Of a DNA stretch of 64,000 nt, positions 21,305 to 31,216 are shown in pieces. Positions within the stretch are counted from its first letter, which is position 1. Every line of letters begins with the position of its first letter. The translations under genes and the position numbers were made by a program. Origin of the DNA: Candidatus Bathyarchaeota archaeon (GTDB lineage: Archaea > Thermoproteota > Bathyarchaeia > Bathyarchaeales > Bathycorpusculaceae); contig CAWGZR010000005.1 of the NCBI GenBank assembly GCA_963827165.1, forward strand, positions 832,001 to 896,000. The letters are read 5' to 3'. A model generated the notes under the pieces. The model ran no database searches and was not told where the DNA came from. It was given only the letters and a program-made list of their open reading frames with translations.

Positions 21305-23967
21305 AGGCTAACCTCGCTGGAAACAAGCAGCGCCACCGGGAAAACGCTGAGCAAATCGGCAACACGCAACCCCCGGTTTCGGTTCATTTCCGGCAAGAAA
21401 ATGTTTCCCGACAAAACGTCCGTCCAGCTTTTCTGCGAATCGTTGGGGAAACAAACGGTGGTATCTTCCCAAACCTCTCCCAAAGGCAAACGTTCAACCC
21501 CGCCCGTCACAGTTGCTACGAAACGCGGTGCAACAACCATAACGTATTCTTCAGCTTTTTTTCTGCAAAACGCAACCACATCATCGCCAAAGGCGCCTTT
21601 AACATTGAGTGGAACGTACTCGCCCTCCCAAAAGACTTCTCTTCGGCGCCTTCGCAGCTTAAGAGCTCGATTAATTAAGTAGAGTTTGGCTTTTGCATTG
21701 CTAAAATCGTCAAGCAGACTTCGGGCTTTTGCGGGATCAAGCCTCTCCACCTCATCAAGCATCACTCCTCTTTTAATGTAGTTTACTGGCCTTCGATTAT
21801 CGGGGTCAACCATGCTCAGATCCCAGAGCTCTGCGCCTTGATAAAAATCAGGCATGCCCGGGCAAGCCATCTTGAGCAGTGTTTGCGAAAGCGAATTGAA
21901 AAAACCGTAGAAGGCAACTCTTTTCTGAAACGCCATAAAATCACGCCAAAATGCATTTCCATCGCTGTCTTCCAGTAGTTGCGAAACAAACGACGTTAAC
22001 GCCTCCTCATATTGCAAGTTGGGTCTAAGCCAGCTGCTGTTTACTTTGGCTTCCCTCACCGCCTTCACCATATGCGACTTTAGCCTTTCGGCAAAATCTA
22101 GTCTCTCCTCAGCTTCGAATGGGAACGAGCCGATAAGCGTTTGATAAAAATAGTACTCTTCGTTTTTGCTTGGTGCAAGCTTACCGTTGACCTTTTCTTT
22201 CTTTTCGGCATTCAACCTCGACCAACACGCAATTTGACGATCGAATTCAGCGGTAATTTCGCTTAGCACATTCAGTCTTGCCCTGCAATCTTCTCCTCGC
22301 TTTGTGTCATGCGTGCTTGAAGCGTTTAAGGACAAGGGAAACTTTGTTTGACGTGAAATTTGAAGGTCGTTAAAACTCTCCGTCGAGCACCCAAACCGAG
22401 CCGGGTTGCCCCCTACCTCGTTAAGCGAAATCAGGCGGTTGAAACGGTAAAACGCGGTGTCCTCATACCCCTTAGCCATAACCGAGCCACTGTACTGCTG
22501 CAACCTCAAAATCCAGGCTAAAATATCCTCGGGCAACGGGTTTTTCTTACAAAGGTCAGCCACAGCAGTTAATTCCTCTTCGAGATCTCTGTTTCTTTGC
22601 TTGGCAACTTCAAAAGCCACCTTCAACCGGCGTCTGCTTTCGTTCGAAGTGACTTCACTACTGAAGTATGTTCGATAAACGGGCAACGCGGAAAGAAGCT
22701 CAATCACAACTCCATAAGCCGCTTTCCTTGAAATTTTCTGCCGCTTTGTTTTCTCCATGGCTTGAAGCAATATACGCGCGAGGTTTTCTGCATCGCCACG
22801 AAACAACGTTTTAATTACTGTTTTTTTGCATTTACATAGAACCTCATCCAACGTTTCTTTTTTGCACGTAAACTTTCGGTAAACCTCGTCTAATTTCGAT
22901 TCATTTTGGGTTGCAATAAAAAGCCCGTTCACCTGATTGATAAAATCGTACCCCGTGGTTCCTTGAACATCCCATGTCGCAGGCAACTCCTCGTCATCAA
23001 GCAGAATCTTCTCAACTATAACGTAGGCTTCGGGGCAAATTTTTCTTAGCCGTTGCAAATACTCTTTGGGTTCACGTAATCCATCGATGTGATCCACCCG
23101 TAGCCCATCCAAGTTGCCCTTCGAGCAATGCCGCCTTACAAGTCGATGAGTGGCTTCAAAGACGTTTTCATCCTCCATTCGTAAGCAAATCAAGTCAAGA
23201 ATGTCGAAGAAACGTCGGTAATTGATTATATTGTACGCTGTCTTCCAGTTTTCCAGTGCATAAATCTGTTGGGAGAGCAATTCTTCTATAAGTACAGGGT
23301 CTCGGTTGGTCCACTCTATTTCACGCTCAACTATGTCCTTCACCTTTTTGTCCGAGATGTAAAGGTGTTGCAAGTCTTGGTAGAGTTCCTGTTCATTCTT
23401 TGTAGACGACAATAGAGCCTGATACGTTTTGGGCAATATGTCTTTGTATGAGCCGATTTTGACCGGAAACTCCATTTCCCCATACTTAACCTTGAAACCG
23501 TCTTGCCAGGCCAGGGACAGCTTCCCTTCTCGCACGGCTTCCCCTAAGCCTTCCGAGAGGATGGGCGCGAGAACTCTTCTTCTGAGTCTCCGAGAAGGGT
23601 GATTCCAGTCAACATCTAAGAAGTCGCTGTAAGCGGAGCTGGACCCGTAACTCATAACGTCCGACATTATGGTGCTTTCAGGTGTGTAGGCTATATGGTT
23701 TGGGACTATGTCTTGTATCCAGCCAAGCCCCAGCCGATGAGCCTCCTCGAGCAGGGTTTCAAATGCTTCTTGTCCGCCAAGTTCTTCGCTAATTCTGCTA
23801 TGGTCGGTAGTATCGTATCCGTGCTTGCTTCCCCGCCTAGCCTGCATTATGGGTGAGGCGTAAACGTGTGATACGCCGAGCTTCGCCAAATACGGAAGCG
23901 TTGTCTTGAGGCTGTCGAAGTTGAATTCTTTGTTCAACTGTACCCTGTAGGTTGCCGTCGGTTTCAA
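21301..23967 (-). CDS. treY: maltooligosyl trehalose synthase
   Basis: PTATYRVQ, DIVPNH, INYRRFFD, GLRVDHIDGL, MAKGYEDT, STHDTKR, LSMVDPDNRRPV. Confidence 0.96.
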   Translation of the reverse strand: MKPTATYRVQLNKEFNFDSLKTTLPYLAKLGVSHVYASPIMQARRGSKHGYDTTDHSRISEELGGQEAFETLLEEAHRLGLGWIQDIVPNHIAYTPESTIMSDVMSYGSSSAYSDFLDVDWNHPSRRLRRRVLAPILSEGLGEAVREGKLSLAWQDGFKVKYGEMEFPVKIGSYKDILPKTYQALLSSTKNEQELYQDLQHLYISDKKVKDIVEREIEWTNRDPVLIEELLSQQIYALENWKTAYNIINYRRFFDILDLICLRMEDENVFEATHRLVRRHCSKGNLDGLRVDHIDGLREPKEYLQRLRKICPEAYVIVEKILLDDEELPATWDVQGTTGYDFINQVNGLFIATQNESKLDEVYRKFTCKKETLDEVLCKCKKTVIKTLFRGDAENLARILLQAMEKTKRQKISRKAAYGVVIELLSALPVYRTYFSSEVTSNESRRRLKVAFEVAKQRNRDLEEELTAVADLCKKNPLPEDILAWILRLQQYSGSVMAKGYEDTAFYRFNRLISLNEVGGNPARFGCSTESFNDLQISRQTKFPLSLNASSTHDTKRGEDCRARLNVLSEITAEFDRQIACWSRLNAEKKEKVNGKLAPSKNEEYYFYQTLIGSFPFEAEERLDFAERLKSHMVKAVREAKVNSSWLRPNLQYEEALTSFVSQLLEDSDGNAFWRDFMAFQKRVAFYGFFNSLSQTLLKMACPGMPDFYQGAELWDLSMVDPDNRRPVNYIKRGVMLDEVERLDPAKARSLLDDFSNAKAKLYLINRALKLRRRRREVFWEGEYVPLNVKGAFGDDVVAFCRKKAEEYVMVVAPRFVATVTGGVERLPLGEVWEDTTVCFPNDSQKSWTDVLSGNIFLPEMNRNRGLRVADLLSVFPVALLVSSEVSL

Positions 23968-23970
23968 AGT

Positions 23971-26409
23971 TCAGTCAAGCCTTAATCCAATTGATTCGCA
24001 GAGTTTTTTGAAAGCTGAAACCCATTTTTGGTCGTCGGGGTTATTGGAGTCTTTTAACGGTTTGTAGCGTCCTTGAATTAGCTCGTAAGCCGTGTTCTGG
24101 GCGTTCCACAAATCAAGCTTAAACGGCAATTCCCCGAGGGTTCTGAAAAGTTTGTCGATCTTTTCTAGTGTCGTAATATCGGAATTCTGCTCCTTCAACT
24201 TTTTGAATTCCTTGGCGACCCGCTCGCTGGCTTCCAAGCCTATCAACTGCTGGTCAAGCTGTATCACAAGGCTCTTCGCTTCCGAAATCAGCTGGCTCAG
24301 CGTTTCCACCTCGGTTTCTTCGTCCACAAGTAACTGCTTAATTTTCGCGTTTAGCACAATTTCGGTTGCGCTCCTAAATGGTTTCGGCTGCGGGATCCTT
24401 GCTTCATTCATGAATCGCAGCAAAGCCGTGTTGTCGCGGTAAATTATCTCGTTTAGTTCCGTCGCCTTCTTCAACGAATCTTGTATGATGAAGTTTATGA
24501 TGCGTATCTGATCATCTTTGAACATATCTTTTAGCGAGTAATTATGTGTTGAAAACTTCTGCGAAATTAACAGCATCGTTTCGTTAATTTGTCCTTTCTT
24601 GAAGCTTTCTAACACCTCGTTCATTAATCCTTGGAAAAGCGTATCGTCCATGTTTAATCGTACGCCGCAGAAAATATTGTGGTCCCCAAGCCAAACGGCG
24701 GCGCAGGCGACCCTGACTTCATCAAGAGTTATGGCTGACTGCACACGGGAATGGCTGACCGTCAAACGGAATTTGCCAGCCTCCCGATTCTCAATTTGTG
24801 TATGAGCGATGGTGAAACACGATTCGAATTCCTCGATTTTCGCGTTCGAGTCGGTTTTTTTATCATCAAACAGCTGCAACATAGCGCCCTGCGCGGCTGT
24901 TCTTGGTAGGTCAACCACCGCCTGCTTAACAAACATCCCGTAAACTTTTGCCCCATTCTCGAATTCAGGAACGTTGCTAGGCGCCTCCTTTAGCATCTGT
25001 AGATACCTATCTTCAAAATCCAGACCGAGCGCTTCACGAGTCAACTGCATAGCCCTAGCCGCATACATCATCACCTGCACCGTCTCTATTCCAGAAATTT
25101 CATCAAAGAACCACCCACAGCTCGTGAACATAAGCATGGCTTGACGCTGAATTTCCAAAAGCTTAATCACTTGTCTCTTCTCGTTAACGCTTAGTTCCCG
25201 TTTCGCATGCTCAACCAAGAAACCGTCAATCTTATCTTTGGACCTGTCAAGAACCACCTCTACATAATCGTTCCGTGCAGCCCATGGGTCCTTAAGATAC
25301 TTCATTGCTTCAGCCTCAAAATTTGGGGCAATCTCATCCCTCAAAACATTCATTGCGTCGCGCAGGGGTTTTCTCCACGCCTGTTTCCAGCCTGGTCTTC
25401 CGGTATTGTCGCCGCAGTCGCTCCGCCATCGCTCCACACCGTGAACGCAGCTCCATGAAGTGTTTTCTTTGATTTCAACTAAGAATTCAGGTGGAAATTT
25501 TTCCAGGAATTCAGCGTAATTGGTTATTTTTGCTAGGTTTTTTGACTCCAGATTGTATATGCAATAAGCAAGGCTCATGTCGCCGTGTGGATGATGGTGA
25601 CCGTACACTTCGCCGTCACTTGCGATAATAGATATCTCCGCCTTCTTGTCGGGTTCATCCTTGAAGCTTTCCATGAGTTTGTTTGCGAACGATTCGCCGT
25701 TTGAAAGCAAATCTCCGAAAGAGGTAAGAGAAGATTTGAACTGGTCAAAGAAGAAAATACTTATAGATTTTCCAGATGGCAGTTTGCACAGGTAGGCTCT
25801 TCTCGGGTCGATTTTTCCCTCCTGTACGTCCATCCAGTCTTTGTCGTCCATTTTTTTGATGCGGAGGGCTTGGTGAGGCGCCAGTATGGTAAATTTGATG
25901 TTATTTTCCGCTAAGGTCTCAAGAGTTTCAATGTCAACACCTGTTTCAGGAAGCCACATCCCCTCGGGGTCCCTTCCGAAACGGATCTTGAAGTCTTTTA
26001 TTCCCCATTTAACCTGAGTTTCTTTGTCCCTTTTGTTCGCAAGCGGCATAATCATATGGTTGTACACTTGAGCCATGGCTGACCCGTGACCCGAACGGTT
26101 CTTCATGCTTTCTTTGTCGGCTTCAATTATGGCTTGATAGAGTGCGGGCTCATGCGATGCAATCCAGTATAAGAGAGTAGGTCCGAAGTTGTAACTGATT
26201 TTCGAATAATTGTTTACTATGCCGATTACGCGCCATTGGGAATCCATGATGCGTGCAACCGAGTTTGGGGCGTAGCATTCAGCCGTTATCCGAGTATTCC
26301 AATCATGATAAGGGTACGCGGATTCTTCAAATTCAACTTCTTCTAGCCAAGGGTTTTCCCGTGGAGGTTGATAGAAATGGCCGTGGATACAAATGAATTT
26401 TTCAGTCAC
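23971..26409 (-). CDS. GH57-family glycoside hydrolase with DUF3536 domain
   Basis: HGHFYQPPRENPW, GMWLPET, DGEVYGHH, WSCVHGVERW, MFTSCGWFFDE. Confidence 0.92.
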   Translation of the reverse strand: MTEKFICIHGHFYQPPRENPWLEEVEFEESAYPYHDWNTRITAECYAPNSVARIMDSQWRVIGIVNNYSKISYNFGPTLLYWIASHEPALYQAIIEADKESMKNRSGHGSAMAQVYNHMIMPLANKRDKETQVKWGIKDFKIRFGRDPEGMWLPETGVDIETLETLAENNIKFTILAPHQALRIKKMDDKDWMDVQEGKIDPRRAYLCKLPSGKSISIFFFDQFKSSLTSFGDLLSNGESFANKLMESFKDEPDKKAEISIIASDGEVYGHHHPHGDMSLAYCIYNLESKNLAKITNYAEFLEKFPPEFLVEIKENTSWSCVHGVERWRSDCGDNTGRPGWKQAWRKPLRDAMNVLRDEIAPNFEAEAMKYLKDPWAARNDYVEVVLDRSKDKIDGFLVEHAKRELSVNEKRQVIKLLEIQRQAMLMFTSCGWFFDEISGIETVQVMMYAARAMQLTREALGLDFEDRYLQMLKEAPSNVPEFENGAKVYGMFVKQAVVDLPRTAAQGAMLQLFDDKKTDSNAKIEEFESCFTIAHTQIENREAGKFRLTVSHSRVQSAITLDEVRVACAAVWLGDHNIFCGVRLNMDDTLFQGLMNEVLESFKKGQINETMLLISQKFSTHNYSLKDMFKDDQIRIINFIIQDSLKKATELNEIIYRDNTALLRFMNEARIPQPKPFRSATEIVLNAKIKQLLVDEETEVETLSQLISEAKSLVIQLDQQLIGLEASERVAKEFKKLKEQNSDITTLEKIDKLFRTLGELPFKLDLWNAQNTAYELIQGRYKPLKDSNNPDDQKWVSAFKKLCESIGLRLD

Positions 26410-28243
26410 TATTTTTCGCCTTCTCAGAAATCATATAAACCGCCACACTTAGCGGACAAATTTTATGCTCATCGTTGAATCTTGCTTGGGATGGAAGAAC
26501 CGAGCCAGGTCCGTCCCATTCGATATCGGCGGAATCAAGCACCTTTACATATTCTTTTTCCGGACCTGGAAAACGGTATTTTTCCTCACAATTGCTAAAA
26601 TTGGCAATCATGACTGCACAGGAACTTGACGTTAGTTCTTGAATTGCCAAAAGCTTTGTCTCTTCAGAAATAGAAAACTTCAATTTGACGAAGATAGCGC
26701 ATTTTTCTTTGTTTTTCTTTAAGCTGATTAATTTCTTGTAGTAAGATAGGATTTTTTCGCCTTTCTTATTCCGCCTTTTTTGCCAATCTATTTTTGATGT
26801 CAAAAACGTCAACGGACTCTCGGAATCCACTGGCGTTTTTTTCCAACCATTTTTTATAGCCTCTTTTTTTCTTCCGATCTGGACTTTTTTCGTAAGTGTT
26901 TTATCGGTGTAGTCTGTGAAAAAGAGGAAGGGCGTGTCTTCTCCGTATTCTTCGCCCATAAAGAGGAGCGGCGTGTAGTTGGACATGATTATGATTGCCG
27001 AGGCAACTTTAGCTGCTTCGAGACCCGCAAGTTTAATCAGACGCTCCCCGCGGGGTCTATTCCCTATTTGGTCATGGTTTTGCGAAAACACAACTAGTTT
27101 AGCAGGGGGAATTTTAGATGCAAAGGTGTACTTGGTTTTCTGTGTTCGCAAAGGCTTGGTACAGCATTCATTGAAGCCGGTGCGCAAAGTTTCCGCCACA
27201 TTAAGCGTTGACCCGAAAGGTGCATAATACCAATTATTTTCTCCTGTAAGCAATGAATGGAGCGAATGGTGAAGGTTGTCATGCCAAGTAGCATCCAACC
27301 CGTAGCCGCCGTGTTTTCCATCCTCTAACATTTTTTCGTTAACATGGTCGTTTTCAGCGATAAGTAGCAGTCTTCTGCCAACTTTCTCTGAAAGACTCTC
27401 AACTGTTTCGGAAAGCTCTTTTAGAAAATGTTTTGGGCTCTTATCGATTATGGCGTACACAGCGTCCAATCGTAAACCATCTAAATGGTAGTTTTGAAGC
27501 CAATGAACCGAGTTTTCTATGAAGAAATTTCTAACGCCTAAATTTTGCGGGCCGCCAAAGTTTATTGCGGCGCCCCATGGAGTTTTGGCGTCGGAGAGGA
27601 AGTATGGTCCAAAATCTTTTAAAAAATTGCCTTCTGGACCCAAGTGGTTATAAACAACGTCCAGAAAAACGGCAATACCCTTGGAATGGAACTCTTCGAC
27701 GAGCCTCTTTAGCTCATCGGGGTCGCCGTAGGTGTTCTGGACGGCATAAGGGAAAACTGCATCGTATCCCCAGTTGTATGCGCCTGAAAACTGGGCGACA
27801 GGCATTAGCTCTACAGCGTTAATTCCTGTTTCAGCAATCTCGGCGGCTCTTTTTCCCGTTGCGGCGAATGTTCCCTCTTTTGTGAAGGCTCCTACATGCA
27901 ATTCGTACATGACTAGCTCTTCAAGAGGTATCCCATGCCAATCGTTGTCCTTCCAAACGAATGATTCATGGTCGATGATCGCTGAGGGTCCAAAGACACC
28001 TTCGGGCTGAAAATGCGCGGCCGGGTCGGGTCTTTCCGTTTCGCCGTTGAGACAATAAAAATATTTTGTGTTGGGCTTGATTCCCTTGATTGTTAAATGC
28101 CAATACCCATCGGGGGTCTTTTTCATACACAGAGTTTCTTTCTTATCTGGCAAAGTTGTCGACAAGTCATTTAAGTTTGGAGCCCACACTGTGAAATTGC
28201 AATTGTCTTCAGTAAAATTTGCTCCAACCTTCACTTTGTTCAC
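26402..28243 (-). CDS. treZ: maltooligosyl trehalose trehalohydrolase
   Basis: YELHVGAFT, NWGYD, DVVYNHLGPEGN, DGLRLDAV, QNHDQIGNR, LFMGEEYG. Confidence 0.95.
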   Translation of the reverse strand: MNKVKVGANFTEDNCNFTVWAPNLNDLSTTLPDKKETLCMKKTPDGYWHLTIKGIKPNTKYFYCLNGETERPDPAAHFQPEGVFGPSAIIDHESFVWKDNDWHGIPLEELVMYELHVGAFTKEGTFAATGKRAAEIAETGINAVELMPVAQFSGAYNWGYDAVFPYAVQNTYGDPDELKRLVEEFHSKGIAVFLDVVYNHLGPEGNFLKDFGPYFLSDAKTPWGAAINFGGPQNLGVRNFFIENSVHWLQNYHLDGLRLDAVYAIIDKSPKHFLKELSETVESLSEKVGRRLLLIAENDHVNEKMLEDGKHGGYGLDATWHDNLHHSLHSLLTGENNWYYAPFGSTLNVAETLRTGFNECCTKPLRTQKTKYTFASKIPPAKLVVFSQNHDQIGNRPRGERLIKLAGLEAAKVASAIIIMSNYTPLLFMGEEYGEDTPFLFFTDYTDKTLTKKVQIGRKKEAIKNGWKKTPVDSESPLTFLTSKIDWQKRRNKKGEKILSYYKKLISLKKNKEKCAIFVKLKFSISEETKLLAIQELTSSSCAVMIANFSNCEEKYRFPGPEKEYVKVLDSADIEWDGPGSVLPSQARFNDEHKICPLSVAVYMISEKAKNSD

Positions 28244-28453
28244 CTATTTTTCTTATAACTTTGGATTAGTTGGCTTCTTGAGCCTCGATTAATGTTTCGG
28301 TGCCTAACAATGCTGAAAATAAAATTTACCCGTCAAAAGACCGTAATACAAACTTAAAAGCCCAAAAGCTTAACAAACATTATTATCTCCGAACAACGAT
28401 ATTAAAGTTTGTTGTGCCCAAGTCATGGCACAAAGTTTTGAGGTATTTTTTTT

Positions 28454-29686
28454 ATGTCACATATAGAGACCTTAAGGAAAATTCAACTCGACGATTACAA
28501 AGAAATCGTGGGCGCGGAAGAAATCGACTCAGTCCGAGCCTTAGCCGAAAAATTGGCAGGTAAATCGGTCACCCATGTCAATTCCACCGCTTTCGGAGGT
28601 GGAGTTGCCGAGATGCTTCAAAACCTTGTACCTATAATGAAGGATGTAGGATTAGATGTCCATTGGGAGGTCATTAAGGGCTCTATGGATTTCTTTAACG
28701 TAACCAAAAAAATACACAACGCCCTTCAGGGAATGAACCTTAACCTTACTGACGAAGAAATACGCACGTATTTGGAATACAACCGGATGAACAGTGAAAC
28801 AACAATCTTGAACACAGATTTTGTAGTCGTTCACGACAATCAACCCGCCGCTATGATCCAGTTTCTTCCCGAAAAAAAAGACCGATGGATTTGGCGCTGC
28901 CACATTGACCTCTCAACTCCCAACACCACAGTTTGGAGTTTTCTTGAACGTTTTATAAGCCGATACGACGCCGCAATTTTCACTTCTGAAAAATACGTAG
29001 TGCCCAGCGTAAACGTCCCGAAAGTCTTCATAAGACCTCCCTCAATCGACCCGTTAGCCGACAAGAACAAGGAAATCTCAGAGTCCACAATTTTGGAGAT
29101 TTTGACAAAATTCGGGCTGAAACCCGACAAACCCATCATCACGCAGGTTGGGAGATTTGACCCTTGGAAAGACCCTTTAGGCGTAATCGACGTCTACAAG
29201 CTTGTGAAGAAGGAGATTCCGGCGGTTCAACTTCTTTTGATTGCTGGGATGGCGAATGATGATCCTGAAGGCTGGACTTACTTTGAGAAGACGGCTAGGC
29301 ACGCTGGTGACGACGATGATATTCATCTTTTGACGGATTTCAAAGGCGTCAAAGATCTTGAGGTTAATGCTTTTCAAAGGGCGTCGCAGGTTATGCTTCA
29401 GATGTCCACCCGGGAAGGATTCGGCCTAAGCGTCACCGAATCGCTCTGGAAAGGCATTCCCGTTGTTGCAAGGAACGTCGGAGGAATTCCTCTTCAGGTC
29501 GTCAACGGAACAAACGGTTTCCTCATAGACGACATAGCTCAAGCGGCTGAAAAAACCGTTTACCTGCTGAATCATCGCGATGAGGCACAACAGATGGGTA
29601 AGAACGGCAGAGAATACGTGAAAAACAATTTCCTAATTGTTAACGACCTCAAGGGTTACCTAAAGATATTCACCGATCTCCTCTAA
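28454..29686 (+). CDS. treT: trehalose glycosyltransferring synthase (GT4)
   Basis: HVNSTAFGGGVAEML, WRCHIDLS, RFDPWKDP, REGFGLSVTE. Confidence 0.9.
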   Translation: MSHIETLRKIQLDDYKEIVGAEEIDSVRALAEKLAGKSVTHVNSTAFGGGVAEMLQNLVPIMKDVGLDVHWEVIKGSMDFFNVTKKIHNALQGMNLNLTDEEIRTYLEYNRMNSETTILNTDFVVVHDNQPAAMIQFLPEKKDRWIWRCHIDLSTPNTTVWSFLERFISRYDAAIFTSEKYVVPSVNVPKVFIRPPSIDPLADKNKEISESTILEILTKFGLKPDKPIITQVGRFDPWKDPLGVIDVYKLVKKEIPAVQLLLIAGMANDDPEGWTYFEKTARHAGDDDDIHLLTDFKGVKDLEVNAFQRASQVMLQMSTREGFGLSVTESLWKGIPVVARNVGGIPLQVVNGTNGFLIDDIAQAAEKTVYLLNHRDEAQQMGKNGREYVKNNFLIVNDLKGYLKIFTDLL

Positions 29687-29799
29687 ACTGATTTTGGAGT
29701 CTCAAAGCGCTTGAACGATAAACCGAGCGGTTGTATCTGCATTTTCTCAATTGAAAACTTTTAAATAATGCTTTATCCTCGTAGTTAAGTGAGGTTTTT

Positions 29800-30237
29800 G
29801 TGTTGTTTTTGCCTGATTTGACTATTGCGGGTCACAATGTGAATCTTACTGGTCTCATTGTAACTTTAGTTGGATTGATTATTCTTTGGATAATTGTCTC
29901 GATACCTGTTTGGCTTGCGGGTAAAGCTGTGACAGGCAGCAAAGCGACTTTTGGGGATGCCTTGCTTGCGACGTTGGCTGGACCTGTAGTGTACTTCATC
30001 GTTTTGTTCTTGGTAGGTTTCTTCCTTAGTTCGCTGATCGGTTCTATCGCGTTTGTTTTAGGCTACATTTTGGCGCTTCTGGCTTGGGTCTGGGTTTTCA
30101 AGGCGAGTTTCCAAACCGGGTGGCTGAGGGCGATTGCTATCGCGATTTTGGCCTGGGTAATCTTTATCGTTTTGTCCATCGTGGTGGGCGCAATTTTTGG
30201 AGTCGCGTATCCTGCTCCGTTCTTCCCCAAAATTTAA
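29800..30237 (+). CDS. hypothetical 4-TM membrane protein
   Basis: Four hydrophobic segments. Confidence 0.7.
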   Translation: MLFLPDLTIAGHNVNLTGLIVTLVGLIILWIIVSIPVWLAGKAVTGSKATFGDALLATLAGPVVYFIVLFLVGFFLSSLIGSIAFVLGYILALLAWVWVFKASFQTGWLRAIAIAILAWVIFIVLSIVVGAIFGVAYPAPFFPKI

Positions 30238-30704
30238 AAGCTGAGTAGCCGGGGCAGCTGACGCTCGAGCGCCTGTCGTAGCTCCTGCTTTAGTCGTCCA
30301 AATAGTTCCTTTCTTTATTTTGCTGGTTTTTTGATTTCAACGGCCACTCCTGAGAAAGCCTCGGGTAAACTGAGGTGGCAGAGGTGAAGAAAACTGCCAA
30401 ATTGAACGGGAAAAGCGCAGGAGGCGACTGGAAGAAACGGGAAGAAACTTGACCTTCAGACACCAGAAAGTCTAAACTGGTAAACGCCCTAAAAAAACAA
30501 AGAACTAAAAATCGCTCGGCTAGTTTGCTATAAGAGGAGCCAGGATTGGCTTAGGTTTTTTGATCTCTTTGTAAGTTATTGGTAGCAGAATAAATAGCCG
30601 ACAAACACGAGGATTGTGGCGCATATCTCGAGGAAAACTCGCGCTAATTTTTTGCCAGTTGTTCCTTACAGCCAGGTTTGCCCTTTGCCCGGTTGAGAGG
30701 TTTC

Positions 30705-30835
30705 TGTTGACTATTGTTGACTATTTTAGACTAATATTGACTATTAAAGACTATTTCTGACTATTAAAGACTCAACCTGCAACCAATCCGAACCCTAAAC
30801 CAAAAAAGCAGCCCAGAACACAAACAAAAAATTTC
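30705..30835 (-). repeat. copy 1 of ~131-bp element with seven GACT(A) motifs at 10-bp period and an A/C-rich tail
   Basis: GACT starts at 30709, 30719, 30729, 30739, 30749, 30759, 30769; ~90% identical to the reverse complement of 53453-53584. Confidence 0.95.
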
Positions 30836-30912
30836 TCTCACATTCCAGATTTCGGTTTCTTCGACGGCAACTATTATAGGCTGTTGATAGGTGGACAAGG
30901 TGGTGTTAATTT

Positions 30913-31122
30913 GTGAATGCGAAGGGCGGTTCTGTTTCAGCTGCTGATATGCAAAGAAAAAAGAAAATAATAGGTGCCATAGCCGTTGCGTTTGGAGTGC
31001 TGTTCCTTGTGCTTCTGTTCTTTAGGGTTCTTGGGATAATCGACTTCCTCATCCTCGATTTAATAGTGGGATTAGTAGCTAACTACCTTTTTCGAAGAAT
31101 CGACCGACAAGCCACCGCCTAA
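30913..31122 (+). CDS. small 2-TM membrane protein
   Basis: Basic N-terminus and two hydrophobic helices. Confidence 0.6.
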   Translation: MNAKGGSVSAADMQRKKKIIGAIAVAFGVLFLVLLFFRVLGIIDFLILDLIVGLVANYLFRRIDRQATA

Positions 31123-31216
31123 AACGATGTACATCCACATACCCAACCCAATGGACGTGGCTTTAGCAAATTATTTATTCTGGAAACAGCTCAAATAATC
31201 GCACAAGTGAACCCCC

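Noticed and set aside
30705-30775. GACTA array as a mini-CRISPR
   Set aside because: 5-bp cores with 5-bp spacers are far too short, and no cas genes are present
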